From: Azolla caroliniana
Taxonomy: Eukaryota > Plantae > Polypodiophyta
DNA: 64,000 bases
Direction: 5' to 3'
Assembly: GCA_043228905.1 (NCBI GenBank)
Contig: JBHGNT010000014.1
Coordinates: 19,964,001-20,028,000 of the forward strand
A program made the position numbers and the translations under genes. Of this stretch, positions 14,381 to 27,354 are shown piece after piece. Under the pieces are notes generated by a model. That model searched no databases. It was not told where the DNA came from and saw only the letters and a list, made by a program, of their open reading frames with translations. Every line of letters starts with the position of its first letter. The stretch's first letter is position 1.

Positions 14381-15989
14381 ATCTTCCCCCCCCCACCTCT
14401 GATCTACAGTTACGTATGTTAACCTTTTCTCTTCCCACACCAAATATAACAATACCATGAATAATAACAACCTTCATGAAAGCTTCGTTGCTTCTCGTGC
14501 ACCTCGCTCCATACATACATACATAATCCACATTACAAAGCTCAATGTCGCCTTGCTTCGGCAATGCTTCCCCAACTCACTCCATCTCGAATCCACGCGC
14601 ACCTATCCGTATGCCTACATAACCCCAAATCACTTCCTCTTATCCTTTTGCTAAGTTCTTGAGGATCGTTGGCTTCCAATGGACTCGTAGAGTAGTGACC
14701 ATGTTGGTCTCATTCCCTCCTTTATCGAATGTTGATCGTCTTGGTGTCGAGGGAAGCATGTATTCTAGATGCACAAGTACATGTAAAAAACTTGCCCATC
14801 CCCGTGTGCTCATACGTGATGACAACATTATGCTCGACTTTTTGAACATCCCGTTAACATGTCGTGCAATGTCGTGCATTATCCTCCATCTTAATAGAAA
14901 GCATGTCTCGAACAATACGAGCACACACAAAGTAATGGCGAACAGACGTTTAGTTCACCTTCCATCAGTTGAGCAGTTGTTTACATGTTCTCCCTAGAAC
15001 TCGTGAGGTAACAACACAGGGGTTGGGACCTCGACCCCATTCATCGATTTCTTATAACACAACTACGTTTATATAGGACGTAAGTGCACCAAAATCTAAC
15101 ATAAAAGCGTTGATTAGACGACGCGACTGTTGTATGCAATTGATAGTATCACTAGGCCGTCATGTGTTAACATGCTATTCGGACCATTACACATGCATAG
15201 GGACGTGGCACACAACCCTTTTAATTCTCTGTGTTGCGGTTAATCATGCCCATGACAAGACCAATTTGGGAGTCAATTATGGGGCGATCCTTCAAGTTCT
15301 CTTCATTGTCAAAACATTCTTCCATTTTAAGTGTTCATTCATCTTGGTACAACACGTGATGGCATATGTCTTTCCTCTCGTCGTTTGTAAACTTATCGAT
15401 GTGTGGCACGATGCATCGAATAAAACTTTGGTGTGTAGCACGTGCTAGGTGATCGAAAAAACGAGTATCAGACGCAAGATAGGTTGATCTGTTGGTCCGA
15501 ACCCTAGCATTATTCCTCTTCTATATCAACACCTTGCGTTGTGCTTTGCACGCATGTCCAACTACGACAGAGTGTCAATGATGGGTACAATTTTGGCTCT
15601 ATAGGTCCTAACAACCCCTACGTTGTAATCTGCGACATGTTAGGCAGGAAATACCTATTATTTGGATAATGGATGTATGCCTTCTCCTTGACTGCAAGGC
15701 ATATTGATCACAACGCAAGTCTTAGCCCTTCTTCTTAGATAAGATCTTATTCCTATTGGACATCAGACTTCTTCTCCACCCACAAAACTCTACAACACAT
15801 TGTGCCCAATAACTCGTGTCAACATAGCAATATATATTGGGTGGGAAGTATGTTGGGACCGTTGTCGTGATGTTGCACGTCTCGTGGGAGAAAAAGTGAA
15901 AAAGTGTGGTTCCACGCACATTACACAAATACTTGTAAAAATGAAAATAAATCAATAATAAATAATCATAGGGCATAATGGCATTGAGT

Positions 15990-17057
15990 GCATACAAAGG
16001 GGTGCAAGTAAGATTTGAACCTTGCACCTCCAAGATAGGAGGCGATTAGCTTACCACTAAAGCTACTACTAAGTGCTTTAGATTTTATATATTTCCTTCA
16101 CATATTCAGTATTCCATAGGAAACAAACGTACAAAACCGTGTGCACAAAACCATGGTTTTATGCATGTCATAAGCAAAACTATTTGCACAAAACCACGGT
16201 TTTAGCCCATGGTTTTGTGCATGTCGCAAGCATGCATAGACCTATAAAAGCCTCTAGTTGGGCTTGTGTAAGGGGGGGGTTCAATATGTGAAATCACCAC
16301 CATCACCATCATCAATAATATAATATTCTTCTTGACATCTATCTTCTTCTTGAGTATACAAATATTTGTTCTTTTCAAATGTGATATTGGTTTCCTAACT
16401 CGTACATACGCATCGTCGTCTTAATCTCCACTTCCTTACCTCTTTTATCTCCTTGGTCCGTGGCCCCGGTGGTCCCGCTCAAGGGAAGCATGCACGCATG
16501 CGCATCTTTGCGACATCTTTTGGTGAACTCGACGTGAAGAGCGGCAGAGGAGGATGAAGATGGACGAGGAATATCTCATGAAGGCAATGTCGAAAATGAT
16601 GATGGAATTTTCGAGAGAAGATAAAAGACGAGATGCGGCCCAACAAGCCGTCAAAAGCGTGGTCGAGCGAGTCAGTTATTTCGACAGGGCCATAGTCCAA
16701 AGTTTTCTAGACACCTACAATGCCGAGATGGATTCGAGAGGTGTGAATGAAGCTATGAGGCTGGTGTACTTTTGTCGGGTGGTGGCCGAACCTATCTACA
16801 AAGAGGTAAAAGAGCTTCGAGAAGCTCATGATTTGTGGATGAGTTTCACGAAGGCTCTATTGAAGGCATATGGCTACGAGAGACCGAAGGGACGAGATCG
16901 GCGTGAGTTCGACCAGTGGGTGGCATCGGTGAAGACCCACCAAGGTGCGACACAAGCATTCCTATTCTTTGAGCGTCGTTTTTCTCAACTGTTGGAGCAG
17001 GAACAAAGATTGGTGGGGGTGGATAAGGTCTTGTTGTTCGTGAAGTTGATTGGGAGT
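15990..17057 (+). mobile_element. Ty3/Gypsy 5' fragment: LTR-like segment plus start of gag (ORF from 16554), 3'-truncated
   Basis: CCTATAAAAG at ~16240; tRNA-like cassette shared with solo LTR 54501-55598; gag-like SYFDRAIVQSFLDTYNAEM; runs into the opposite-strand RT at ~17057. Confidence 0.55.
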
Positions 17058-17059
17058 AA

Positions 17060-20000
17060 TTACAAAGGGATTTTCGCAAAAAACCCGACAAAACTAAGGA
17101 ATGATTGAACTTCTCGAATGTTCCGAAGAGTGGGCCAAAGCTTGATTTTCTCGATGCGAGAAGGACCAATTTCAACTCCTCGTTCGGTTATGAGATGTCC
17201 AAGATAAGTAACTAATTTCTTGAAGAACTCACATTTTGAGATCTTCGCGTAAAACTGTTTGTCACGCAATGTTTGTAAAACAAAGCGGACATGTTTAGCA
17301 TGTTCTTGTAATGTACGACTATAAACTAAAATATCATCCAAGAAAATAACGACAAATTTTCCAAGTTGTTCTTGGAAAATGTCATTCATTTCTTGTTGAA
17401 ATGTAGCCGGAGCATTGGTCAAACCAAAAGGCATAACCAAAAACTCATAATGGCCATAGCGCATACAAAATGCCGTTTTAGGAACATCGTCATCACTTAT
17501 ACGAATTTGATGGTAGCCAGTACGGAGATCAAGTTTTGTAAAATACCGAGCTCCCTGGAGATGGTCAATTAGATCGTCAGCCCGGGGCAATGGATACAAA
17601 TTCTTGATCGTCACTTTATTCAAGCATCGGTAATTAATACACATACGCCATGTGCCCTCTTTCTTTTTAACCAAGAGAACTGGTGCACCCCATGGAGATT
17701 TACTATAACGTATATAACCCATTCGTAAATAGTCCTTGAGTTGCTTAGATACCTCATCCTCTTCGGATCGACTTAAGCGATAAGGAGGTATACTTATTGG
17801 TGCAACGCCAGGTACAATATCTATACGATGGTCTATATTACGTTTAGGAGGTAACCCATCTGGTAGTTCACTCTGAAAAACATCACGAAAAACATCTAAG
17901 ATTTCATCAAGTTGTTGTTGTTCAAAATATGTTAATTGAACCGAGACATTATCGATATTGTAAACGTGAATGTCCGGATCAAGTGCACAATAAAATAGAG
18001 TAGAACAAGACAACTCAGATATTGATGGACACGAGGAAACAATCGAGAGGGATTGTTTTTTGACACATTGAATAAAATGAGTACAATCGTTCAGTACAAA
18101 AGTTATTGAATGATGAACCCAATCAATAAATTGACGGGAACTCAACGCTCCTTATGCACAAAGCTCGGCCACAACCGAGATTCTTTTCATACACAGAAAA
18201 ACGGGAAACAAATGCACGCGACACAAAGGAGAGAAAAGGGTACACAGAATGTTTACATGGAAAACCCAAAGAAGGAAAAACCACGACAGCCCACTGGCTG
18301 CAAGCTATCACTATATTGGAATGTACAAACAGTGAGTTCACGGAGGCAACGACCTCGTGCTCACGATCGTCGCCACAGGCGGCGGTTACAACAGAGGCAA
18401 CGACCTCGTTCTCTCTCTCTCTCAACCTGTACACTGTCACACGCTCTCACTTCTTGCACCAACAAGAAAATGATAACATCAACATTCTAAAAGTTTGCCC
18501 TAAGTCATATTTATATTAATATGACTTTTCGGTTATTTACAAATATAGCCTCGATGGGCTCTTAGAAACATATTTACGAATATGTCTCTTCCTCTGGTTC
18601 TCACCGGGTCTACGTCATCCGGTTCTCACCGGGCCTGTATCATCCGGTTCTCTGTAGCCGGGTACTCCTCATCCGGTTCATACCGGGTCTGCACCATCCG
18701 GCTCTCCGTAGTCGGGTACTCCTCTTCCGGTTCTCACCGGGCATGTACCATCCGGTTCTCCGTAACCGGATACTCCTCATCCGGTCTTCACCGGGTCTGT
18801 ATCATTCGGCTCTCCGTAGTCGGGTCCACCTCATACGGATTCGGCCTCGGCCTATCGGCCTCGGCCGAGTTTGTTTGTCGGCACTGTTCTTCTCCCAACA
18901 TAAATAAAGAAGAGTTTTTATTATAAAACCATGGATAACCCATTATTACATCAGTGGTACAAAGATTCATTACATGGAAGTCTACTTCCTCTATATAAGT
19001 ATCAATAGAAATTCCTAATGAATGAATCGCCCCGTTGATGTATTGTACTCTTCCATCAGCCAAGTGCACCGTATAGGTGTGATCACTTACGGTGGGTTGG
19101 ATTCCCCATATTTGAACCAAACAATCATTCACAAAGTTGTGTGAGCTTCCCGAATCAAACAAAATTTGTACGGGAGATCCATTGATATACCCGTTTGCAC
19201 GTAGTAAATCATTGGGATCCAATACATAGTGAGGGAAAGAACATTGACAATTACTTAAATGATGTGTATAGACCTGAAGGACATTAGGAATCTGACCTTT
19301 ATGGTCTGCAGCTTTAGCTTTGCTGTCGTGCTCTTTCCGTTGGAGCTTTCGACATTGCTCTTTTGTATGACCCTTCTTTTTGTAGAATACGCAAAAAGGA
19401 TGTTGTCGTTTACAATTGCGATCCATGAATTTGTTGGGTGTCTTGCATTTCCCAGCGAATTGTGACTGCTTAGTCCCAGGCGCTTCACTGGGTTTGTTGT
19501 GGTCCTTCTTCGAAATGCGTTGATAGCGAAGAACTATTTCAATGGCTTCTTCAAAGGATTTTGAATCCTTATCGTGCACTATCCAGTCATAGTCCGATTG
19601 GGGATGCCATTGACAAAACAAGCTATTAACCAATTGTCCCCTTCTAGACCTGATTTTTGGATTTGGGGTCTAACATGGTGGACATAGTCTTCTAGCAAAG
19701 AAAACTTCATGCTAGAGAGGTTCATTAAAGCTTGTGTTGCCTCGGTTCGAGAGCGAGGTTGCAGAAATTGGCCCTTAAAAACTGTGACAAAATCTGTCCA
19801 GGTATCAGGCAATTTCCCCAAAGTTCGAAGCCCACACCACCAAGTAGCGGCCTTACCCCCTAGTTCTCGGCCGACATATGCAATCTTCGTACTATCTAGC
19901 ATGGGATAGAGCTCAAAATGAGACTCCCATCGGCCCAGCCACGTGCAAATTGCTTCTTCGGTTCTTTCCTTTTTGTCTCCCGTAAATGGCTTAATGACAA

Positions 20001-20261
20001 ACGATGGTTCACCTTGTCGGTCTATTAGTCTCACGTTATAAACTAGTGACACGTTCCTCGAGAGCACTTTTGAGATTTCCGAAGTTCGGTCATTTGTTGA
20101 GCGGTGAAACTAAGGTATTGGCTTATTTGCGAAAAATACATCTCAATGGACATTTGTCCAGGAGGATTCCCTTGAGTTCCTTCCGCTTGAGCGGATGACA
20201 TCAGGTCATTATTTTGAGCCATTAAATGATTATTTTTGGAAACGAAATAGGATAAGGTCAA
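17060..20261 (-). mobile_element. Ty3/Gypsy gag-protease-RT, 3'-truncated and interrupted by a solo LTR
   Basis: gag (GKAATWW..TWTDFVTVFKGQF), degenerate Zn knuckle, protease [56 protein letters not shown]. Confidence 0.92.
18132..18900. mobile_element. Solo LTR (769 bp) with an internal ~57-bp tandem repeat (18590-18840)
   Basis: TG...CA ends; perfect 5-bp TSD TAAAT (18127-18131 and 18901-18905); removing it restores host frame [20 protein letters not shown]. Confidence 0.88.
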
Positions 20262-21018
20262 ACAAATAGTCCTAACATCATGTCATGATGTAAACACATC
20301 ATGGGCAAACATTAATCGATATCATGATCTCATGTCAATACCCCTCTAGACGTATGAGATAAGGTTCAAGATCAGGTTACTATGGTAATATAAAGGTGTT
20401 TTGAAAACCATGGGGGTGACAAATAAATGTCTTTCCCTGATCTCTATATTGATTTTTTTCATGGCGGCTCCCTGAGGTTCAACTATGTATGTTCGCGTCA
20501 TGAATAGTTTATACACGAAAAAAATGTTAACAATAAACTATGTTTCTGTGCCCACATATGTGGTTTCGACTCTTTAAGTCCTATTACGAGGACCCCGAAG
20601 TGCACTTAGACCTCAAGTCTAAACATGTGTTATAGTCATATGTATCAACGATGTTGTATGGTCTTGGTCATATTTGAACTCGAGACCTCGAGAACAAATA
20701 CATTAAACAGTTGAGCCAACCAAGTAGGTTACTATCTTGAATGTTTAATGTTTCATGCGTATAAAGGATATGCAAGGCATGTGCCCATATATGTTTTTTT
20801 AAAAGAAACATATATGTCAAGAGTCCTTATTTCGCCCTCATTTACTACAACTAGTTTAACCCTCACACTTATCCACATGTATAGAATACTACAGTAAATT
20901 CTGACCACGAGATATTATATGGCCATGCCCGTAACAGAACTTGTGAGAATTGTTGAAGAAGACCTCTTCTTCGTTGAACATTAGTTACTCCATACATACG
21001 ACGAATGATCTTAATGTT

Positions 21019-23499
21019 TCATAACGTGATATCCCATACTTTAACTACTTTAAGATTCACTTGTTGTGAAAAATTTACCAATATTTGATCCATGAGAGAA
21101 TGAAAGCGAGGTTGAAGCAAAAGAGAAGAGTTAAAGCGTAATGGAGGTTTTCCAAGTAAGGATTTATACATGTCAATTGCATGATTACAAACATCCAAAC
21201 AAATAGGAAAGTGATATGAAGTTCTTACATCTTGAAGAATTGTCATACGAAGTGATGTCGATAAAAGAGAATCATCGTGCATCACATACATTCTATCTAA
21301 CCGACTCCATGTTTGTCTATGTTGAGCGGATTGGAAGGTAAAACCTGGATCATTCCCATCCAACCATGTCCAAACGGGGTCCAAACATCCAACTTTGGAA
21401 CCTCCATAGCTAATGAATCCCAAGCAAGTTGCTCAAGATCATCCATGATTGAATGTTCAGACGTAGATTGAGATGCATGAACACACATGTTAAAATCACC
21501 CATAAGTAATCATGGACAACCCACACACACATATGGTTTGAAGGAGTGAACCCCATTATAATGCAATACGTTGAGTGGTAAGGGCATAAATCCCAACCAC
21601 CCACACAACCTTGCCAAAAAAGTGATTTCTAGAACAAAAAACTGACCATAAAGATCATTATGCACCACTTAAGGATAATATTTATCCCGCACGATTAATA
21701 CCACACTTGAATAATGATTATTAAGATGTCTTGCATAGAATGATGAATATCCACGCAAATGAACTATGGATCTTGCTAACTCATGACACTTATGCTCAAT
21801 TGCACATAATACATCTCATTCTTTACTTAACAAAGTTTCCCATAATATATACTTCTTATGAGGAGAATATTCCCCTCTCACATTCCATGTTACTACTTTC
21901 ATTTAATCAACAATGTTATGGGTGCACTTGTTCCTTTAGTGCAACTGATGTCATGAAACTAGTTTGAAAGCATGTTCTAGTGATGTATATGGATTTTCGT
22001 GCACCACATCCATAGGGTTGTCTATCAAAATCTTTTGTTTAGGTCCTCTTGCTTGACGAAAACCTTGAGTATTCGATGAATTTACAACCCATCCCAATTA
22101 ATCAAATTGAAGCTGACGGGGTAATTCCCCGGTAATCCCTTATCCCTAAATTTTCGTTGCCAAGGAGCTTTTCGAGGACCCTCCCTAGTTCCTGAATTAC
22201 CTTGATAAGTAGTGTAGTGGGCAAACAATTATGTTGCATATTCATTGATTTTCCCTTCGATTTGCCCTTAACCTGATGCCAATCTTTATCAACAACATCA
22301 CTACTAGTTCTATCCAATGATTTCCCCCCCTTATCTATAACCACTAAACTTTGTTTTTCCATATCCATAGATTGAGCTCCCTTATTCTTAGAGCCCAAAC
22401 CTTGAGGTGAGACCTCTTTATAACCTGCTCTAGATGATGTTCCTTTATCCATGACAACCACAATATTTGAGACACCAACATCCCTCCCCACTCCTTCCTT
22501 AATTCCCTTCATTAGGAACCTCTAAAGTTGAAGGACAATGACGTTGGCATTCTGCCATAAAGTGACCCCATTCACCACATCCAAAACAATGACCTACAAA
22601 TGCCTCCCACTTCAATTTAAAACAAAGTCTTTTTATACCAGATGGGTTCATACACACCCATCCTGACCGCTTACAACTTGTATCCCATAACACAGAATTT
22701 GCACTTATTTGTAGCATTTGCATGTAGAGATACCAATACTTTACCTATTTGACTCATCAACTTTGGTAAAAGTGGCCATAAAAATGCATGCTTACAATCC
22801 ATCGTTACCCAAACAAGACATTCTTGTTTCAACAATGCATGATAGTCCACTAGGGGACCATTGCATTACATGCACTAATTGTTTATAAAAAAATACTGGA
22901 ACTTTAGCCAACAATGCACTTCGATGTTCAAGGGAACGAAATACTACATTATAAAACCCTCATGGTCCTGGAAATATATCCTCAACACAATTCGATGACA
23001 CAATTGTGTTCAACCATTGTTTAATCCAATTTATATATTGGAGCTTCTTGGTAAAAAATAATATAACTGCACGATCATAGAATACATCAAAAGATTGCAA
23101 CATTGCCTTAGCATCAACTTCCACATCATGCACATCCTCATTGATGCATTCTTTTGTTGCATTTTCATTTTCTTCCACAATACCAGACAACAAGGTATTG
23201 GCAATTCCCCATAAACTATCCCAATCACAATGATCATTGCCAACTTCATCTACATGTATTGTCTCAGCATATGTTAATTTCTTCCCGTTAACTTCCTCAA
23301 AACCCTTAAACCTCTTAGAGCTTCCAAATTCTTCCCTTTCATGATTACATTCAACCATCACATTACTTTTTATTGAATCAATGATCCCCATATAGATGTC
23401 CCCCACTATTTGTGAGGAATTCATGTTTATATCCATTATTCTTGATGTGATATCGATCCAGGATAAAGATAATCTTCCATGAACAAGAGAGAAAACCAA
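21019..23499 (-). mobile_element. Degenerate L1-type LINE (ORF1 zinc knuckle + ORF2 APE endonuclease), 3'-truncated
   Basis: CFGCGEWGHFMAEC knuckle; endonuclease motifs MGDFN, SRLDRMYV, SYHFPI; stops and frameshifts. Confidence 0.8.
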
Positions 23500-26400
23500 A
23501 ACTCACCCGATTGAAGAGATCGAAGATGAAGAAGACAATATGAGCTCTGCAATGCGTGTTGAGTGTGCACATATACTGTTCGGCTAGGTATTTTGCATTC
23601 ACTAGAGGTACGTATGATTTGATGCTTAAAGATTTATCAGGTCAAGGTAAGGTAATGTTTGAAACATTAAGCGCAGTTGCAATGGGTGCACCTCTCAATC
23701 TCCATGCATGGAGGCGTATGAAGAGTCATCTCATGCTTGAAATGACAGTGTGATCTACCTTAAGGCATCACCTAATCTTCGAGTTACTTACATGCGTCCC
23801 ATCATCTTGTGAGTCATAAAACTTATGTATCTCAATCATTTTGGATTAGATAGAGAAGAGCATAGCTTATGAGCTCTATCTAGAGATTATATTGATATGT
23901 GATTAGTGATCTTGATTTATATCTAATCACTCTTTGATCTTGCTTAATAGTTTATTCTATAACACGTGATCAACACGATTAGCCTCAACCATAGTAATTA
24001 ATTATTCTCTTATAGAAATCTACCTTATTGTTACCATTAGCATGGCTTCTCAAACTCTACAAATAGAGAAATGTTTATTCCCGCCACTTGCGTTGGATGG
24101 GTCCAATTATATGACTTGGATGGTTCATGTCGAAGGACATCTCACGGCGAAAGATCTCCTTCATACGATATGTGATACTTTTAATGATGCTAAGAACTCA
24201 AATGCTAGGAAGAAGGGAGCAGAAGCATTCATCTTCATCCTTCATCACCTTGATCTAAGCCTTTAGAATCAATACTTCTACATCAAGAATCCATCAACTC
24301 TTTGGATGCAACTCAAAGCCTGCTTTGATCATCAATGAATTGTTCTCGGTCCCAACACTTTGCATGAATGGAATCAACTTCGTTTTCAAGATTTCAAGAC
24401 AATGGTTGAATATAATGCCTCACTATTTGGTATCGTTTCTAAACTTAAATTTTGTGGTCATGATAACCTTGTTCAAGAGGCGAATCTAATCAACAAAACG
24501 GTAACTACTTTTCATCCCTCAAATTTTAATCTTTCCGAACAATATCATAATCGTGATTTTAAAACCTATGTTGAACTTTTATTTGCACTTCTTGTCGCTG
24601 AGCAACACCACCAAGTTCTCCTCAAGGACGACAAACTTCAATGACATCCAGTTAGTCAACCTACGGTTCCTCTACAATTCAAGGATTTGACACATGTCGA
24701 GAGTAATTATTCTAGACGACAACATTGTCACCAACATCCATATGCACAGAGTCAAGGAAGAGGAAGAGGAGGAAGAAATCAACAAAGGAAACAATATCCA
24801 GCAAGTAATCAAGTCAAGCCAATGCATCATCAATCAAAGTCGAGTCAAGATAAGCCTTCATCAAATTCATGTCTTCGATGTGGTTTACGAGGGCATTGGG
24901 CAATTACTTGCCGAACTTCTAAGTTTCATGTTGATCTTTACTAGAAGTATGGCAAGCAAGGTCAAGATAGGAAACCATAGGCTAATATGGTAACAGAAAC
25001 ATCAACGATCTCACCATTAATTCCAATCTTGGAATATAATTTTATTGATCAACCTTTGGAATTCGAGCCCGAACCCAACATGATTGAAGCTCATATGATT
25101 GATTTGCATACAAGCTGTTTTCTTTGTCTTATTGATTGCATTGCGCCTCAACACACACTATTCTGTCATAAAGAATTCTTTCATCATACTAAAGATCAAA
25201 TCCCTTTCGACATCAAGACTATAGTTGGTTCTTGTATTGGACAAGGAAGAGGCACCACCACTATCCAACTTCCAAGTGGTGTTTTCTTAGAAATACATGA
25301 TGCTATCTATGCGCCCGCCTCACTAAGAAATCTTCTCACATTTGCAGATGTACGATGCAATGGATATCACCTCATGACATGGGAACAAGATGGGAAAGAG
25401 GCAATGCGAGTTGTCAAGCACCTATCAAATACTACCCAAGTTATTAATGAGTTAGAAGTCATGCCAAATCAATTGTATTGTTTCAACCTTAAAGCCCCAG
25501 AGATCCGAATGGTCGTATTTGCCCACTACTACAATATTTCCTCGAAGGTCAATACTGATATAATGGATCTCTAGCATGATCGACTAGGTCATCTTGACAA
25601 TACAATGATTAGGAGAATGATCAATTATGTTCAAGATCTACCTTTAAAGTTGGAATACTTGAATCGAGTTAAAACTCGTTTTTGTGTTCCATGTGCATAA
25701 GGAAAGCTTGTGATTCTTCCTTCCTTGCACAAGGAACCGTATGAGTCAGCAAAATGTTTGGAGCATATACATGGTGATATCCATGGACCAATGCACCCTC
25801 CTTCTAGACCATTTATTACTTCATGGGAGTCAAAGCTGTGTCATCGCGTTTTTCTCAAGTCACACTTCTTTCTACTCGCAACATGGCGTTGCCTCAACTC
25901 CTCATCCTTATCTAGAAGTTGTGTGCTCAATTCCCAGATTTTCAATTAAGTCAATTCGGATGGAAAACGTTGCCGAGTTTACGTCAACAACCTTTATTCG
26001 CTATTACGAATCTATCGTAATTGCGCGGCCGATTCTTCTCAAATCAAATTTGCCTAGTTCAACATGGGGACATGCAGTACTTCATGCAGCGCAAACTTCT
26101 CCGATTACGGCCGTCATCATATCATGTTTACTCTCCCCATCAATTCATGACAACAACTTTCGTTAACGAATTAGATCCTCAAACTATTCAAGAAGCAAAA
26201 TCATCTCCTTTTTGGGATAAACAGAAAGAAGCTATTCAAGTTGATTTAGTCTTCTCAAATGAAGAGTTTTTGGCAAAATTCAAGAGATGCCTATTGGTCA
26301 TACACCCATTGACTATCATTGGGTTTTTGTGCGAAGTTATTTAAGGCAAGGTTTGTTGCTCAAGGTTTCACACAACGATCTGGTATTGATTATACTTATA

Positions 26401-26814
26401 CATATTCTCCAGTTATGGATGCAACGAATTTTCGTTGGTTGATTCATTTCACTATTCAACGAAGTCTTCATATGCATCTCATGGATGTGGTTACAACCTA
26501 TCTTTATGGTGATTTGGATAAATATATATACATGAAGATACCTGAAGAACTTTGCAAATCTATGCAGCTGGGAAAATTTCTCAATCCATTGATCAAGTTA
26601 TGTAAGTCACTTTATGGACTTAAACAAGCCGATCATATGTGGTATCTGTCATGAACACATGACCATTATGGCGTCACTCGGACTTGAACTTCGAACCTTG
26701 TAATTCATACTTGAAAACCTCAACCATTAAGATAGCTTATTGTTATATGAAACAATAAAAGCTACTTCTTGAATTACATTGATTATTGTAAAAACTCTAG
26801 ATTATTCTAGAATG

Positions 26815-27354
26815 TAACAATCGGCAACGGTTCGGTTTGAACCGAACCGAACCGTGAAACCGCGGTTTAACGGCTTAACGTTTTCAACGGTTCAGTTCGG
26901 TTCGGTTTTGGTTTGGTTTCAGCAGTCAAAAACCTCGGTTTAAACGGTTTAAACGGTTTTTAATTTTTAAAAAAAAAATTTAAAAATTTGAAAAAAATTC
27001 TAAAAAATTTTAAAAATTGTTTTTAAACAATCTTTTCATTTTTACTCTTATTCTCACATTTTAGGAACATCTTAAAAATTTTAAAAACTCTAAATAATGA
27101 AATATTATAAATTTAAAAATAAAATAAAATAAATTTGACCTATGTTGAAAACCGAAACCGAACCACAAAACCGCGGTTTTTACGGTTTAATGGTTTAACG
27201 GTTTGAAAAATGTTTAACGGTTCGGTTTAAAGGTTTCACTGTTCGGTTCGGTTCGGTTCAGGTTTCAACATTTTTAAATGGTTCGGTTCCAAACCGGTTC
27301 GATTTGGACCCTCTCGAACCGAACCGAACCGAACCGAACCGTTGCCGATTGTTA
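26815..27354. mobile_element. hAT-type MITE inserted in the chromovirus 5' LTR
   Basis: Perfect 23-bp TIR TAACAATCGGCAACGGTTCGGTT; perfect 8-bp TSD CTAGAATG; the empty site is visible in the 3' LTR (~29050). Confidence 0.95.

Noticed and set aside
14440-15600. Possible decayed coding sequence (Ulp1-like or transposase)
   Set aside because: Only vague resemblance with many stops; needs a profile search
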